DNA of 27,376 nt from an uncultured Deinococcales bacterium (GCA_964247135.1 CAXTTL010000035.1:1-27376), one strand, 5' to 3'. Shown: positions 1 through 9,331, counted from the stretch's first letter. Made by a program: numbers and translations. The notes: a model not told the origin generated them from the letters alone.

Positions 1-132
1 AGCGCCAACGTGAATGTCCATCGGGATATTGAAACTCGAGATATGGAAAATTTCTAATTTGGCAACTCAAACCCAGGTGCGTGTATAACATCTCAAATTT
101 GCGCTATTGCCGTTTTGGTTTTTACTTTACAT

Positions 133-564
133 TCATCTCGACTCGAGCAGCTCGTAGCGCTCGATGTTTAGAATTTGCCGACGCGTCAGGATCACGCCGT
201 CGTTCAGTTCGAGTTCATACCCCTCGCCGCTTCTGACTTGGTGGCTGGTGTGGATGATTCTGGTTTGCCCGGCGCGTTGTTGTGCGTTGCCCTGAACAAC
301 ACGAACCCGCCGACCAATCAAGGTTTCTGCCTCCTCGAGCGTGTAATGGCGCGACACTGCGTTACGCGCTGATAGCGCTTGCTTCTCGAGCAAGCCAAGC
401 TCGAGCAGTTCACCGATTTCTTTGGGCGTGAATTCGTTCAATCGTTCAAACAAAGCTTTGGGCGCTCGGATGCGGATGGGTTTGGAAGCCTCACCCTTCT
501 CGAGCGGAATTACCCCGAGCGCTTGGGGGTTGGGTTTGAGGAACTTGAACCTCGGGTTCTGCAC
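133..564 (-). CDS. Hypothetical protein, possible N-terminal ribbon-helix-helix-like DNA-binding domain
   Basis: ORF 133..567. Start moved to GTG 564 because TAAGAT (571-576) lies exactly 6 nt upstream (leaderless pattern). SKPIRIRAPKALFERL..TPKEIGELLELGL fits a strand-helix-helix pattern. Confidence 0.55.
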   Translation of the reverse strand: MQNPRFKFLKPNPQALGVIPLEKGEASKPIRIRAPKALFERLNEFTPKEIGELLELGLLEKQALSARNAVSRHYTLEEAETLIGRRVRVVQGNAQQRAGQTRIIHTSHQVRSGEGYELELNDGVILTRRQILNIERYELLESR

Positions 565-570
565 CACATG

Positions 571-593
571 ATCTTACAATGCGTAACGCAGTG
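571..593 (-). promoter_or_regulatory. Leaderless -10 box with adjacent palindromic operator-like site
   Basis: TAAGAT at 571-576 (minus) and palindrome TGCGT-A-ACGCA at 580-590. An inverted 13-bp copy (CACTGCGTTACGC) lies at 355-367. Confidence 0.5.
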
Positions 594-651
594 CTGGGTC
601 GAAGCTCTTGAATCGCGTTCATGTGGACGCCTTTATCAATTCTCGTTGCGT

Positions 652-1032
652 CTACAGGGGGTCGGTTGTCAGGTGTTTCAACGAATCCAGCAATTTTTGC
701 TTCAGTTCTCGACTCGAGTTGGCGGCAAATGATATCAATCTCCCGCCTGTGAACATCATCAAGGGCACTGTAAAACTTTCAAGTGACGACGTGGCAAACA
801 GAAGACCAATCGTTTTCACTGAAAAACAAACAAAACCGACGAGCGACAATCCAAGTCCGATGGTGTTGATCCAGGATAGGTTTTTTATGGCTCGCGTGAA
901 TGATCGCGCATATTGCGGATCATTGAGCATGTCGTTTAGTTCGTCAACGCACAGTTGCGTCATTCGATCATCTGTGCCAATTTTTTGGGATTCAACAACA
1001 ATTCGGGCTTGCAAAGGGGATTGGTCTGTCAT
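652..1032 (-). CDS. Hypothetical membrane protein
   Basis: AGGAG-aaaccaa-ATG at 1032 (MTDQSPL); hydrophobic segments in the second half. Confidence 0.6.
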   Translation of the reverse strand: MTDQSPLQARIVVESQKIGTDDRMTQLCVDELNDMLNDPQYARSFTRAIKNLSWINTIGLGLSLVGFVCFSVKTIGLLFATSSLESFTVPLMMFTGGRLISFAANSSRELKQKLLDSLKHLTTDPL

Positions 1033-1124
1033 TTGGTTTCTCCTTGGACGTGTTTCGATCATTTTGCACTTTGATTTCCGTTGCGAATCAGGTTGGGTTT
1101 AATTGTGGGCAACTGGTTATTTGG

Positions 1125-1427
1125 CTAAGTTCTGAGTTGATAACTTGGGCAAAAGGAATTGTGGACGCTGATCAAGCCCAAGAGTAGGGTTCTCAAATTC
1201 TTTACCTGCAGCTTGTCATTGGAAACTGTTTTAGCATCTTTGCCAAACGACTTCGTGTCAAGGGATTCAAGCTCGATGGTGAGTTTGAGTCGGTCCTGAC
1301 GCGAATTAATCTCGAGTTCGGAGGCTTTCCAGATGCCTTGCTCTCGTTTTTCGGTTGATATCACGGTGAGCGGCGAAAATACCAGGGCAAAGACGGGTAA
1401 TGAAGGCAATTTGAGGTTTTTCAACAT
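1125..1427 (-). CDS. Hypothetical protein
   Basis: 3' part of ORF 1125..1643; ATG 1427 immediately follows the upstream stop at 1430. Confidence 0.4.
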   Translation of the reverse strand: MLKNLKLPSLPVFALVFSPLTVISTEKREQGIWKASELEINSRQDRLKLTIELESLDTKSFGKDAKTVSNDKLQVKNLRTLLLGLISVHNSFCPSYQLRT

Positions 1428-1429
1428 AC

Positions 1430-2035
1430 TTAGCCTTTCGATTGTTGGAGTTGATGCTCGAGTTGTCTTTGAAAAACAGATCGTGCAATTCTGAAGCTGA
1501 TTTGTTGATAGTTGTATCTGTGGAACTGCCAAATCGAAAATGCCACACAGCCTCCAGCCAAGACATATTGCAGCGTTGGAGTGATGAAACTGGTGCTTGA
1601 ATTGATGACCTCGAGTGGCAACAAAAACTTTTGAACCAACCAAACGCTCAGCAACGCCAGCATGGGCATGATCGCCTGACTCAATGCGCCTTGTGATGAG
1701 ATTTTGATATCAACCAAGACCGCGAAATTTTGGTTCACTTCTGAAGCAATTTGAATCACGTTTGGTTTTGGATTGACGTTGCGGAAAAATCCGATAAATT
1801 GCCCTTTATGGTCAATGAACAACGGGGCTGAACCTTCCAAAAAAGCTTTGACCTCAGTCGGTATTTGAATTTGATTCTGCGATTGCTCGAGCAGATCAAT
1901 CCAGGATTCAATGGCGTTTTTGTGGTTGTTGGAATTCGAGGAGAACTCAAACAAGCCTGTCGGACCGGGATCATAGACAAAATAACGGTTATCGCCCTGT
2001 TTATTGTGCTCGAGCCAGTTTTGAAAATTCACCAT
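1430..2035 (-). CDS. Hypothetical protein with two C-terminal TM helices
   Basis: AGGAGG-ttc-ATG at 2035 (MVNFQNWLE); two hydrophobic segments near the C-terminus. Confidence 0.65.
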   Translation of the reverse strand: MVNFQNWLEHNKQGDNRYFVYDPGPTGLFEFSSNSNNHKNAIESWIDLLEQSQNQIQIPTEVKAFLEGSAPLFIDHKGQFIGFFRNVNPKPNVIQIASEVNQNFAVLVDIKISSQGALSQAIMPMLALLSVWLVQKFLLPLEVINSSTSFITPTLQYVLAGGCVAFSIWQFHRYNYQQISFRIARSVFQRQLEHQLQQSKG

Positions 2036-2179
2036 GAACCTCCTGTTGGTTTGCTTGAGCATTCTCAAACTTAAGGACGTGCAAGCCGCGTAGTGTTGTG
2101 TGATAGCTGATGAAGTTCATGCTTGTAGTGCCTCCTAAATTCTCAAGCGTGGTTGGAATTTTTTTCGTTGAACCGACGT

Positions 2180-2437
2180 TTAGTTGTAACGTTTCTTGAC
2201 ATGGATGTGGATGCTCGGGATGCCGTTTTCATCGGAATCTCGATTGTTGGTTCTCTCGAGTCCCATTTGGATTGGAAGGTGTACAACATTGAGCACGGTA
2301 AATGACGTTGTGATGAGTTTTGGTCCTTCGAGGTGACTGAGTGCAATGATGTCATTTTGACTTGGGCAGGCGGCGAATTGGTAATGTCCGACGTACTGCT
2401 GATTGTTATAAAGTATGGCGATAATATGGTTTTTCAT
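2180..2437 (-). CDS. Hypothetical protein
   Basis: 85-aa ORF, co-oriented with neighbours, AAAGG upstream. Confidence 0.5.
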   Translation of the reverse strand: MKNHIIAILYNNQQYVGHYQFAACPSQNDIIALSHLEGPKLITTSFTVLNVVHLPIQMGLERTNNRDSDENGIPSIHIHVKKRYN

Positions 2438-2482
2438 GTCGCCTTTTGACTTTCGTTGGCATGGGTTTGCAAAGATCGGTGT

Positions 2483-2848
2483 TCATTGATCGGTTTTGTC
2501 ATGATGACCGTATGCGATTCTGAGTTTTTTGATAACAAAATCGTAGTCTTGGCGCAATGTTTGGAAGAGGTTGTCTTGCAAAATTTTGCTTGTTTGAAAA
2601 ATGCGAGTGATCCAAAAGACTGTGAGAAAGATGGTGAGACACAGGAGATTCCAATCATGGGAAAATATTCCGATCAAAGAAAACACTGAGGTCATCAGAG
2701 CAGATAATATGGAAATATATCGGTAAATGCGTGGCGCTTTGTAGTCGGTCAGTGCCACCAAGAGTTCAATCATCAAGAAAATGACCATGCACATGAATAT
2801 CACGACAACGTTCAACCCGATCTCGATGATCTGCATGATGATATTCAC
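2483..2848 (-). CDS. Hypothetical membrane protein (about 3 TM)
   Basis: Strongly hydrophobic ORF, GGAG upstream of GTG start. Confidence 0.6.
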   Translation of the reverse strand: MNIIMQIIEIGLNVVVIFMCMVIFLMIELLVALTDYKAPRIYRYISILSALMTSVFSLIGIFSHDWNLLCLTIFLTVFWITRIFQTSKILQDNLFQTLRQDYDFVIKKLRIAYGHHDKTDQ

Positions 2849-2873
2849 GGTAGGCTCCGTTCAAACGCTTGGT

Positions 2874-3500
2874 TCATTGTTTACCTTGGCTGTTTATGCC
2901 GTGGGTTCTTGGGTTGTGTGTTAATAAGTCAAAAAGTTCGTGTAACTCGAGGTTTGGCTCAGTCCATGGCTCAAACCTGCTGAATTGTAAAGTTCTAAAA
3001 GTTAAAGGGCTGAATACCATCATGAACAGCGTCATGGCGCACGCGAGAATCCACATTGCTGCCCAAAAGGTGATTTCAAATTGCGATTGACCCGAAAGGT
3101 GTCTGGCGAAATAGATCATATAAATGGCTGGTGCCGCTAAGATCAAGCAGTTTATTGAGTGAACTCGTTGTGTTTGTCGCACAGCTTTGGTGAAATCTTT
3201 CAATTGCAGGGCAGCTATCGTTTCAATCGGTGGTGACCATTTCAGGTTTTGGTGGTACAACCGATTCCCATGTGCCTCGAGTTCTAAATCCTCGAGTGTG
3301 AGTTGTCCAGCCTCGAGCGCCCCTTCGTTTAGCTTGACGCGTTCGAGCCGAACACTGCCCCAAAGTGCTTTTGGGATTGGCTCGAGCCATGATTTCAGTG
3401 TTTTTGAATTTGTTGTGTTCAATTCCAGTGCGCGTTGCGACGCTTGCTGGGCTTCGTCGTTTTTGATGGCTGCGGCAAGGGAAATGGGTGGGTTTTGCAT
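2874..3500 (-). CDS. Hypothetical 2-TM membrane protein, paralog of 8275-8883
   Basis: AAAGGA-cacc-ATG at 3500 (MQNPP). Shares KSWLxPIP, VxLExVK, QLxL..LxAxGxxLxHxN and WxEPxxEL with 8275-8883. Confidence 0.75.
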   Translation of the reverse strand: MQNPPISLAAAIKNDEAQQASQRALELNTTNSKTLKSWLEPIPKALWGSVRLERVKLNEGALEAGQLTLEDLELEAHGNRLYHQNLKWSPPIETIAALQLKDFTKAVRQTQRVHSINCLILAAPAIYMIYFARHLSGQSQFEITFWAAMWILACAMTLFMMVFSPLTFRTLQFSRFEPWTEPNLELHELFDLLTHNPRTHGINSQGKQ

Positions 3501-3611
3501 GGTGTCCTTTGAGTGAATCATGGTTTCAATACGGGTCGGATCAGTGTTTGGTTGCAGGGCATTATTTGTTGATGGCATTTGTTTGATGGTTTTGATTGAA
3601 CGAACCTTAAA

Positions 3612-3653
3612 TTCAATGTTAGCGTTTTGCACTAATGGGTCGTCAAATCCCGT
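3612..3653. repeat. 42-bp direct repeat copy 1 (promoter/operator-like), overlaps the recombinase stop codon
   Basis: 39/42 identical to 9332-9373. On the minus strand it reads TTGACG-N19-TAACAT with the imperfect dyad TTAGTGCAAAACGCTAA. Confidence 0.85.
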
Positions 3654-4746
3654 TCTCGAGCCTCGCATCGCCTGCCTCAACCGCCGCCAAAAGATCATCT
3701 GTGTCCAAGGTTGCATAAATTTTCGTGGTGTCCAGACTCGAGTGCCCCAACAACCCACCGACCACGTGTAAATCTTTGGTCGCACGGTAGGTTCTCGTGC
3801 CAAACGCCCGGCGCAGCGCGTGAACTCCACCGAGGCGATCTGCTTGCTTGACTGCCATGAAAAACCGATCTACCACGCGCCACGCCCCCGAGTTTGAGAG
3901 TTGCCCGCCGCGATTGCGATCCGACAGGCTCAAAATCAGCTTGGTGCTGGATTGGTCCGGGCGGTGCTCGAGCCAATTTTTGATCAGTTTTGAGAGTCGT
4001 TTGCTGATTGGAACTTGGCGGTCTTTGCTGCCCTTGCCGTGAACATAGAGGATGGTGTTCGAGATATCATTCAAATTCAATTCCGTGATCTCGGACACCC
4101 GTAACCCGGCAAGTAAACCCAAACCCAAAAGCAACTGGTCTCGAGCGACGCGGGTTGGGTCGTTCGGGTATTCTTCGCCCGGTGCGGTTAACAGCGCGTT
4201 GGTTTCAAGGTCGCTTAGAACTTTGAACTGTTTGCCTTTGGGGGTTTGCACCCGTATGCGGTGGACTGCCTGGGCGGGACTGTGGTTCATTGCTTTCGCC
4301 CAGACCAGTGCCTCGAACAAAATTGACACGCCTGCGAGGTAAAGATTTCGGGTTCGTGGTTTGAGGGGTTTCTCGTCCGTGGATTCGGTGTGACGGCTCG
4401 GTTTGGGATGCTCGGACTTGGGTTTCTTGACGCGCTCGAGTTGGTCTCGAAAACGCTCGAGGTCATCCTGGGTGGTTTTGACGATTTCCACGCGTGGGTT
4501 CTCGGTGAACTCGAGCCACCGTGCCACCGCGACGCCGTACATGATGATGGTTTTCCGACTGAACGTGCCATGTTTGTGGCGCAAATACGCTTCAACCAGT
4601 TCGACCAAAGCGGGCAAGTCCCTTGCTTGTGCGGCTTTGTGCGCCTCGCGCCTTCGGTTTTCGGGATGCGTGAACCGTGATTGGAGCACCAGTTCAAAAC
4701 CTGAACTCGAGGACGGCGTGACTGTTGGCTCGAGCGTTTGGGTCAT
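3643..4746 (-). CDS. Tyrosine recombinase (XerC/D-like integrase/resolvase)
   Basis: All catalytic motifs present: GLRVSE (R), GKGSK (K), HALRR (HxxR), LLGHSS (H), TKIYA (Y). ATG 4746 overlaps the upstream stop (ATGA). Confidence 0.95.
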   Translation of the reverse strand: MTQTLEPTVTPSSSSGFELVLQSRFTHPENRRREAHKAAQARDLPALVELVEAYLRHKHGTFSRKTIIMYGVAVARWLEFTENPRVEIVKTTQDDLERFRDQLERVKKPKSEHPKPSRHTESTDEKPLKPRTRNLYLAGVSILFEALVWAKAMNHSPAQAVHRIRVQTPKGKQFKVLSDLETNALLTAPGEEYPNDPTRVARDQLLLGLGLLAGLRVSEITELNLNDISNTILYVHGKGSKDRQVPISKRLSKLIKNWLEHRPDQSSTKLILSLSDRNRGGQLSNSGAWRVVDRFFMAVKQADRLGGVHALRRAFGTRTYRATKDLHVVGGLLGHSSLDTTKIYATLDTDDLLAAVEAGDARLENGI

Positions 4747-5219
4747 GGCTTGAGTGACCAAAGTGTCAAGACTCGAGCGAATTGTCCGATGGTGAGAATA
4801 ACGCTGACCACAAGGCTCACCACAAACAGTTGTGCGGGAGTAAATGCCATGAGTGATAGGATGATTTGTGCAAACACCGAGCCAATCCATATTTTCGAGC
4901 ACCATTCAAAGCCTTGTGTTGTGTTTGACAACCTTATTGACCAATGCTGCCAGAAACGGTACTCCCAGTTCGGTGGCTGATTGACATACAGTTGTTTCAG
5001 GTGTTTGACACTGTTCTCGAGCAACCTGAAGACTGTCAGTAAAAACAACAGCAAAAAGAGCACTTGGAGCGGTTGAACATTGATCACTCGGCTCAAGACA
5101 AACGCGAAACCTGATATGAAAATCCAGCCCAACGGAGAAGGGTTGGTTAAAAAGCTGAAAAATTTTTCACTTTGCTGGCTGAAGCTTTTCAGCAAGGGAT
5201 GACTGCTCTGGGTGTGCAT
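4743..5219 (-). CDS. Hypothetical 4-TM membrane protein, paralog of 10342-10824
   Basis: GGAGG upstream of ATG 5219 (MHTQSS). Shares TNPSPLxWI, EYRxWQ and GQxxRVLxLWS with 10342-10824. Confidence 0.75.
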   Translation of the reverse strand: MHTQSSHPLLKSFSQQSEKFFSFLTNPSPLGWIFISGFAFVLSRVINVQPLQVLFLLLFLLTVFRLLENSVKHLKQLYVNQPPNWEYRFWQHWSIRLSNTTQGFEWCSKIWIGSVFAQIILSLMAFTPAQLFVVSLVVSVILTIGQFARVLTLWSLKP

Positions 5220-5220
5220 C

Positions 5221-5613
5221 TCAACGCCCTCCAAACAAGCGCTGAAATCCGACCAGCGTCCGTGGTTGACATGGGGTGGAATGAGAGATCGACCAGGCAT
5301 CCATCAATTCGTGATTCTCGATGCGAATGTTTCCACATACGCTCTTGATGCGATTGAGCGTTGTGGCTGAAATGAAGTCTGCTTCATTTTCTCGCATATC
5401 AACCACCAGTCGCTGTTTTTGAAATTCCACCGCAGCATGGGCGTTTTGGATCTCGAGAATTTGAACCACGCCTTGTCGGATTGTACCTGCATACAATCCG
5501 TACCAAATGCCATAGATCCCCAGGCAAAAGGCAAAAAAGAGAAACACAGCCAAGAATTTAAAGACTCCGGGGACGATTTGATCGATTTGTTCGATTTGAG
5601 TGTGCTGTGCCAT
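5221..5613 (-). CDS. Hypothetical single-TM protein
   Basis: AAAGGA RBS; hydrophobic segment at about aa 15-42; abuts the next gene. Confidence 0.65.
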   Translation of the reverse strand: MAQHTQIEQIDQIVPGVFKFLAVFLFFAFCLGIYGIWYGLYAGTIRQGVVQILEIQNAHAAVEFQKQRLVVDMRENEADFISATTLNRIKSVCGNIRIENHELMDAWSISHSTPCQPRTLVGFQRLFGGR

Positions 5614-5657
5614 TGCTTGTCCTTTTGAACACTTTTTCTTTGGGTCGAGGATTTCGC

Positions 5658-6101
5658 TTATGAGGCGAGCATTCGCACGGTCGGGTGTTTTGCCCTGATG
5701 CCCTGGTCGTAGAAGGCTTTCGCCATTAACCTTCCCCAGTTGGTGAAAACCACCGCTGTTGAGGATGAATCGACCACCACAAACCCCGCACGAATCAGCG
5801 CATAGGTCGATTCGTAAATGTTGCTATGCGCGATACATGAAATGTTCTCAAGTTCATATTCATACATGGTCATCAGTTGATCTCGAGGTTGACCGTCACG
5901 CAGTTTGGTCATTTTCCGAATGTCGGGTTGGTATTGTGGACACCAATCGCTGGACTCGACTGTTTTGCCTTGATGGATGGAGCTTTCGGCGGAGCACGCG
6001 CCAATTCCTTTTTGACGCAAGGTTCGGGTGTAAAACAAACACGATTTACAGCTTCCCGAAATGACTTTGTATTGTGTTGGTTCTGAGGGCATAATGCTCA
6101 C
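5658..6101 (-). CDS. Hypothetical protein with Cys cluster (possible Zn binding)
   Basis: CKSC..C..C motif; overlaps the upstream stop (GTGA); alternative start ATG 6092. Confidence 0.6.
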   Translation of the reverse strand: MSIMPSEPTQYKVISGSCKSCLFYTRTLRQKGIGACSAESSIHQGKTVESSDWCPQYQPDIRKMTKLRDGQPRDQLMTMYEYELENISCIAHSNIYESTYALIRAGFVVVDSSSTAVVFTNWGRLMAKAFYDQGIRAKHPTVRMLAS

Positions 6102-6295
6102 CTTTTCTGCATCGCCCAGGCTTCGAGGGATTCAAGCCTGGCTCGAGCGTCTTGGAGTTGACTGATGACCTGCTGATTTGGGGCGTCAAGGTAAGCACGC
6201 GCTTGTTGTGGATTGACGATGGCGTCATCGGCGTACTTGAGGGCAGCTATGTGACGATGATCGGCTTTCCTTTGCTCGTTTAACAGTTCGTTCAA
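6098..6295 (-). CDS. Small coiled-coil hypothetical protein
   Basis: 65 aa, helical heptad-like pattern, coupled to the downstream gene. Confidence 0.5.
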   Translation of the reverse strand: MNELLNEQRKADHRHIAALKYADDAIVNPQQARAYLDAPNQQVISQLQDARARLESLEAWAMQKR

Positions 6296-6390
6296 GCTTT
6301 CGACCTTGGTTACAGTAACTTGGGTTGCCTCTGCCTGGGGTTGATTTTCGGATCACAGTGTTTTTTATGCGTTTTGGTGGGGTTGAATGC

Positions 6391-7269
6391 TTACCATGTT
6401 GGATTGATGTTGGTTGGTGTCGGTCTTTCGCCAATTCTCTTGTAATATTCGCTGTAATGGTCACGTCGGTTTTGGTCAATGTCACCCATTGGCAGCGTCA
6501 TTTTGCTCTGAATTTGTGCGAGAATGTCGTTTAGGATTTCGGGGTTGATGTGTTCTTTGAGTCGATCAAACACTTTTTTGTCATGTCGATGGTCTTGTAT
6601 TTGCATGTATCCCACTCCATCTTCTGCGCCAATGGCAATCAACCCGTTGTCCCAGTTTTGCATCAAGGGATATCCAAGGTGATACAAATTGTGCAATTGG
6701 TCGGCGAGGGCAGCAATGTTGGTCATGCGTTCTGATTCAGGGAATTGGTGCAGCCCCCAAGCGTTCGCGCGGATGACCAGTGCCACCCTGGCGATGTAGT
6801 CGATGAGCGCACCCAGTTCACGGTGCAAGTTGATGCTTTTGATCAAATCTTGCCCGTTGTCCAAATTATCCTGTTGAAACTGGGGATCACTGAAATCAAC
6901 AACGATGGCGTCTTCGAAAATTTCTGGTAAGGTTTCAATATTCGGGTCATGGATGTGAATGTTTGGTTTAGCGTGTTTCGTCGTTTGACTGGCATTTAAA
7001 CCGCTCCAGGTTTCAACGGCTTCTGGACTGCCCCAGCATTCTCCTGGCGCAGTGCGCTCGAGGAATCGAATCAGCCAGCCAAAGCACGCCAGCATTTCTG
7101 GGTCGGCATTGCAGGCGGCATCACCGTAACGACCCTCCAGGAGTGCCTGCCAAAAGCTCGAGAGGAATCCGCCGTGGTTGATCCAAGCCTCGAGCTTGTT
7201 GATGGCTCGAGGGTGCAGGTGTTCCAGGTATTCGTTGGTGATTTTAAAGGTATCCATGAAAGTATCCAT
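6391..7269 (-). CDS. Hypothetical protein; N-terminal domain paralogous to 7383-7766
   Basis: AGGAG RBS. NEYLEHLHPRA is identical in both genes. G.FL..LL...A...AD.....CWGS...V..W resembles a small uncharacterised phage/MGE family (recalled, not searched). Confidence 0.75.
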   Translation of the reverse strand: MDTFMDTFKITNEYLEHLHPRAINKLEAWINHGGFLSSFWQALLEGRYGDAACNADPEMLACFGWLIRFLERTAPGECWGSPEAVETWSGLNASQTTKHAKPNIHIHDPNIETLPEIFEDAIVVDFSDPQFQQDNLDNGQDLIKSINLHRELGALIDYIARVALVIRANAWGLHQFPESERMTNIAALADQLHNLYHLGYPLMQNWDNGLIAIGAEDGVGYMQIQDHRHDKKVFDRLKEHINPEILNDILAQIQSKMTLPMGDIDQNRRDHYSEYYKRIGERPTPTNINPTW

Positions 7270-7382
7270 GTTTGGTTCTCCTGAGCGTTTGGAGGTGGGG
7301 AGATATTGTAATTACGTTGAGAGTTACCGCAAGGTTAAGGCTCGAGCTGTTTGACCAGCGATCAGTATTGACCTGACTACAG

Positions 7383-7766
7383 TCACTCGAGTTGATCGGT
7401 GTTGTCGTTCATCAGCATCAACTGCCCGTTACGGATGAGATTGACATCTCGAGCGCTTAATTTTTGCTGCATTTGAATTTTTGGATTGAATTCCTCGCCA
7501 TTGTTGTAGCCTTTCCAGTGATTGATCGCCTCGTGGCTGGAACGCAATGATTGGGGGATTTCTTGTTCGATGCAGATGATCAGCCAGGCGAAACAATTGA
7601 GAAAGTCCGGACCAGCGAGAAATGCCGCATCTTTGTATTGCCCTGCCAACAGGTATTGCCAAAACACCGAAATCGATCCGCCGTTGTTAACCCAAGTCTC
7701 GAGTTGCTCGACGGCTCGAGGGTGTAGGTGTTCGAGGTATTCGTTGGAGATTTTATATGGTTGCAT
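7383..7766 (-). CDS. Hypothetical protein, tandem paralog of the 6391-7269 N-terminal domain
   Basis: AAGGAG RBS; about 85-aa collinear similarity to 6391-7269. Confidence 0.75.
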   Translation of the reverse strand: MQPYKISNEYLEHLHPRAVEQLETWVNNGGSISVFWQYLLAGQYKDAAFLAGPDFLNCFAWLIICIEQEIPQSLRSSHEAINHWKGYNNGEEFNPKIQMQQKLSARDVNLIRNGQLMLMNDNTDQLE

Positions 7767-7832
7767 GGTTGGAACTCCTTCTTGAAGTGTTTGTTGGTTT
7801 AATTTGAAGCTCGGGTGTAGCGAATTTGGCGT

Positions 7833-8177
7833 TTATTCGTCTGGGAATTTGCACAACTGGTCATGCAAATCGCTCAGGGCTTGGCTGAGGGTTTTGGCTC
7901 GAGCATTGGCGACCCAAGGTCCATGTTCGCCCTCCCAGGCGATCACTTCAATCTCTTCATGTTGGTGGTCGGGAACGGTGACGCTCACGTGATAACCGAT
8001 TTCGCTGATCGCGTTGAATTTGAGCCTTGCCAGCTCGAGGTCACCCCGCATGGGTCGGAGATGCTCGATGATGGTTTCAACGTGCTTGACGCCCAATTTG
8101 AGGAAGCCTTCCCAGATGGCGTGCTCGAGGCTGTAGATTTGTTTGGGTTTGGGTTTTCTGGTCACTCGAGTCTCCAT
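7833..8177 (-). CDS. Hypothetical protein
   Basis: GAGGA upstream of ATG 8177 (METRVT); 3' part of ORF 7833..8381. Confidence 0.6.
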   Translation of the reverse strand: METRVTRKPKPKQIYSLEHAIWEGFLKLGVKHVETIIEHLRPMRGDLELARLKFNAISEIGYHVSVTVPDHQHEEIEVIAWEGEHGPWVANARAKTLSQALSDLHDQLCKFPDE

Positions 8178-8278
8178 CGTTCGATTTCCTCGAGCCATTT
8201 TTTGACCTGCGGGTTTGCGTTGTTTTCGTTCTGAATTTTTATAAACAAAGCCTCGAGAGCTTCTCTTGCGGTCATCAT
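8162..8278 (-). CDS. Small 38-aa helical protein
   Basis: GGAG RBS; ATGA overlap with the stop of 8275-8883; MMTAREALEALFIKIQ... Confidence 0.45.
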   Translation of the reverse strand: MMTAREALEALFIKIQNENNANPQVKKWLEEIERWRLE

Positions 8279-8883
8279 GGCTGATCTCCAGATTGACCAG
8301 CAGTGTTGGAAAAAAGCGTTTGGAGTTCGGCGCTGGGTTCTTGCCAAGCTGGAGCAAAATACCGAAAAAACGATTGATCATCCCTGAGAGTTAACTGAAA
8401 TAAACCCAGTGTTCCCGCCAAGCTGAACACCGCTGTAAAGGCTTGCAAGTACCTCCGAACCATTTCATGAACAGTGTTGTCTGTCTGCATGGCAAATTCA
8501 AGCACCAAAGACATCACGAGCCACAATCCAATCCATGCGTAAATCAGGATTCTGCCTGTTTGTGTTCGTTTGGAAAAGTATGCAACATTCAAGTCCTTTA
8601 CTGATTGTATCGATTCAAGGCTTGCCACGTTGCGGTGGAACAAGTTGTAGCCTTCGGCTTTTAGCGCCATGCCCGCCAAGTTGAGTTGCGCCGCATAGGG
8701 TTGCTTGCGGCTGATTTTGACTTTTTCAAGGACGACTTGCGCTCGCAGTTCGAACGGAATTGGCTTGAGCCAGGATTTAATGATTTGCACCGTGGACTCT
8801 TCTTTGGCTGAGTGTCGTTTTGATTGCTCGAGCAATTCAGCCTGTTGGATGGCATGAGTAATTAATTCGGGGGTATTTTGCAT
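8275..8883 (-). CDS. Hypothetical 2-TM membrane protein, paralog of 2874-3500
   Basis: AAGGA-aatc-ATG at 8883 (MQNTP), collinear with the paralog start. Alternative start 8907 is coupled to the padR stop. Confidence 0.75.
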   Translation of the reverse strand: MQNTPELITHAIQQAELLEQSKRHSAKEESTVQIIKSWLKPIPFELRAQVVLEKVKISRKQPYAAQLNLAGMALKAEGYNLFHRNVASLESIQSVKDLNVAYFSKRTQTGRILIYAWIGLWLVMSLVLEFAMQTDNTVHEMVRRYLQAFTAVFSLAGTLGLFQLTLRDDQSFFRYFAPAWQEPSAELQTLFSNTAGQSGDQP

Positions 8884-8903
8884 GATTTCCTTGCTGTTCT
8901 TGG

Positions 8904-9329
8904 TCATGATTTAAATACGGTTTGGACTGGTGTTTGGTTGCGTTGGTTGAACTGCTCGATTTGTTGTTCAATCTCGACCATCTGTTCACTGATGGTTTCA
9001 AGCCTTGTAGGATCGGTTTCGCCCACGAGCAGCACCTTGAGTTTGGCTCTTAAGAAGATTAGGTATTTCAGGTGCATTTTGCCGCGCTCGAGTTTGCCCG
9101 TTGGGGTGGTGTAATGTCGAATGATGGCTCGAGGTTCTTCAACTTCGTGTCCTTTGATCCATCCTTGGGCTTCAAACCTTTTTAAAACAGGGTAAACAGC
9201 GTTGGCTTGAAATGTGAGTGATCCGTCTGAGGTTTGTTTGATGGTTTTAGCGATGCCGTAAGCGTGTGCGCTTTGACGCGCGAGGATGCTGAGGACGAGC
9301 AGTGGTAGGTCTGAGGTTGGTCTTGCCAT
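8904..9329 (-). CDS. PadR-family transcriptional regulator
   Basis: LLVLSIL...HAYGIAKTI...AVYPVLKRFEAQGWI...YTTPTGK winged-helix signature; leaderless start. Confidence 0.88.
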   Translation of the reverse strand: MARPTSDLPLLVLSILARQSAHAYGIAKTIKQTSDGSLTFQANAVYPVLKRFEAQGWIKGHEVEEPRAIIRHYTTPTGKLERGKMHLKYLIFLRAKLKVLLVGETDPTRLETISEQMVEIEQQIEQFNQRNQTPVQTVFKS

Positions 9330-9331
9330 TG

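Noticed and set aside
608-1102. 164-aa plus-strand ORF
   Set aside because: Antisense to an RBS-supported minus-strand membrane gene.
3501-3830. N-terminal extension of ORF 2874..3830
   Set aside because: Overlaps the recombinase and the promoter repeat. The paralog and RBS place the start at 3500.
6225-6485. 86-aa minus-strand ORF
   Set aside because: Overlaps both neighbours substantially and has no clear RBS.
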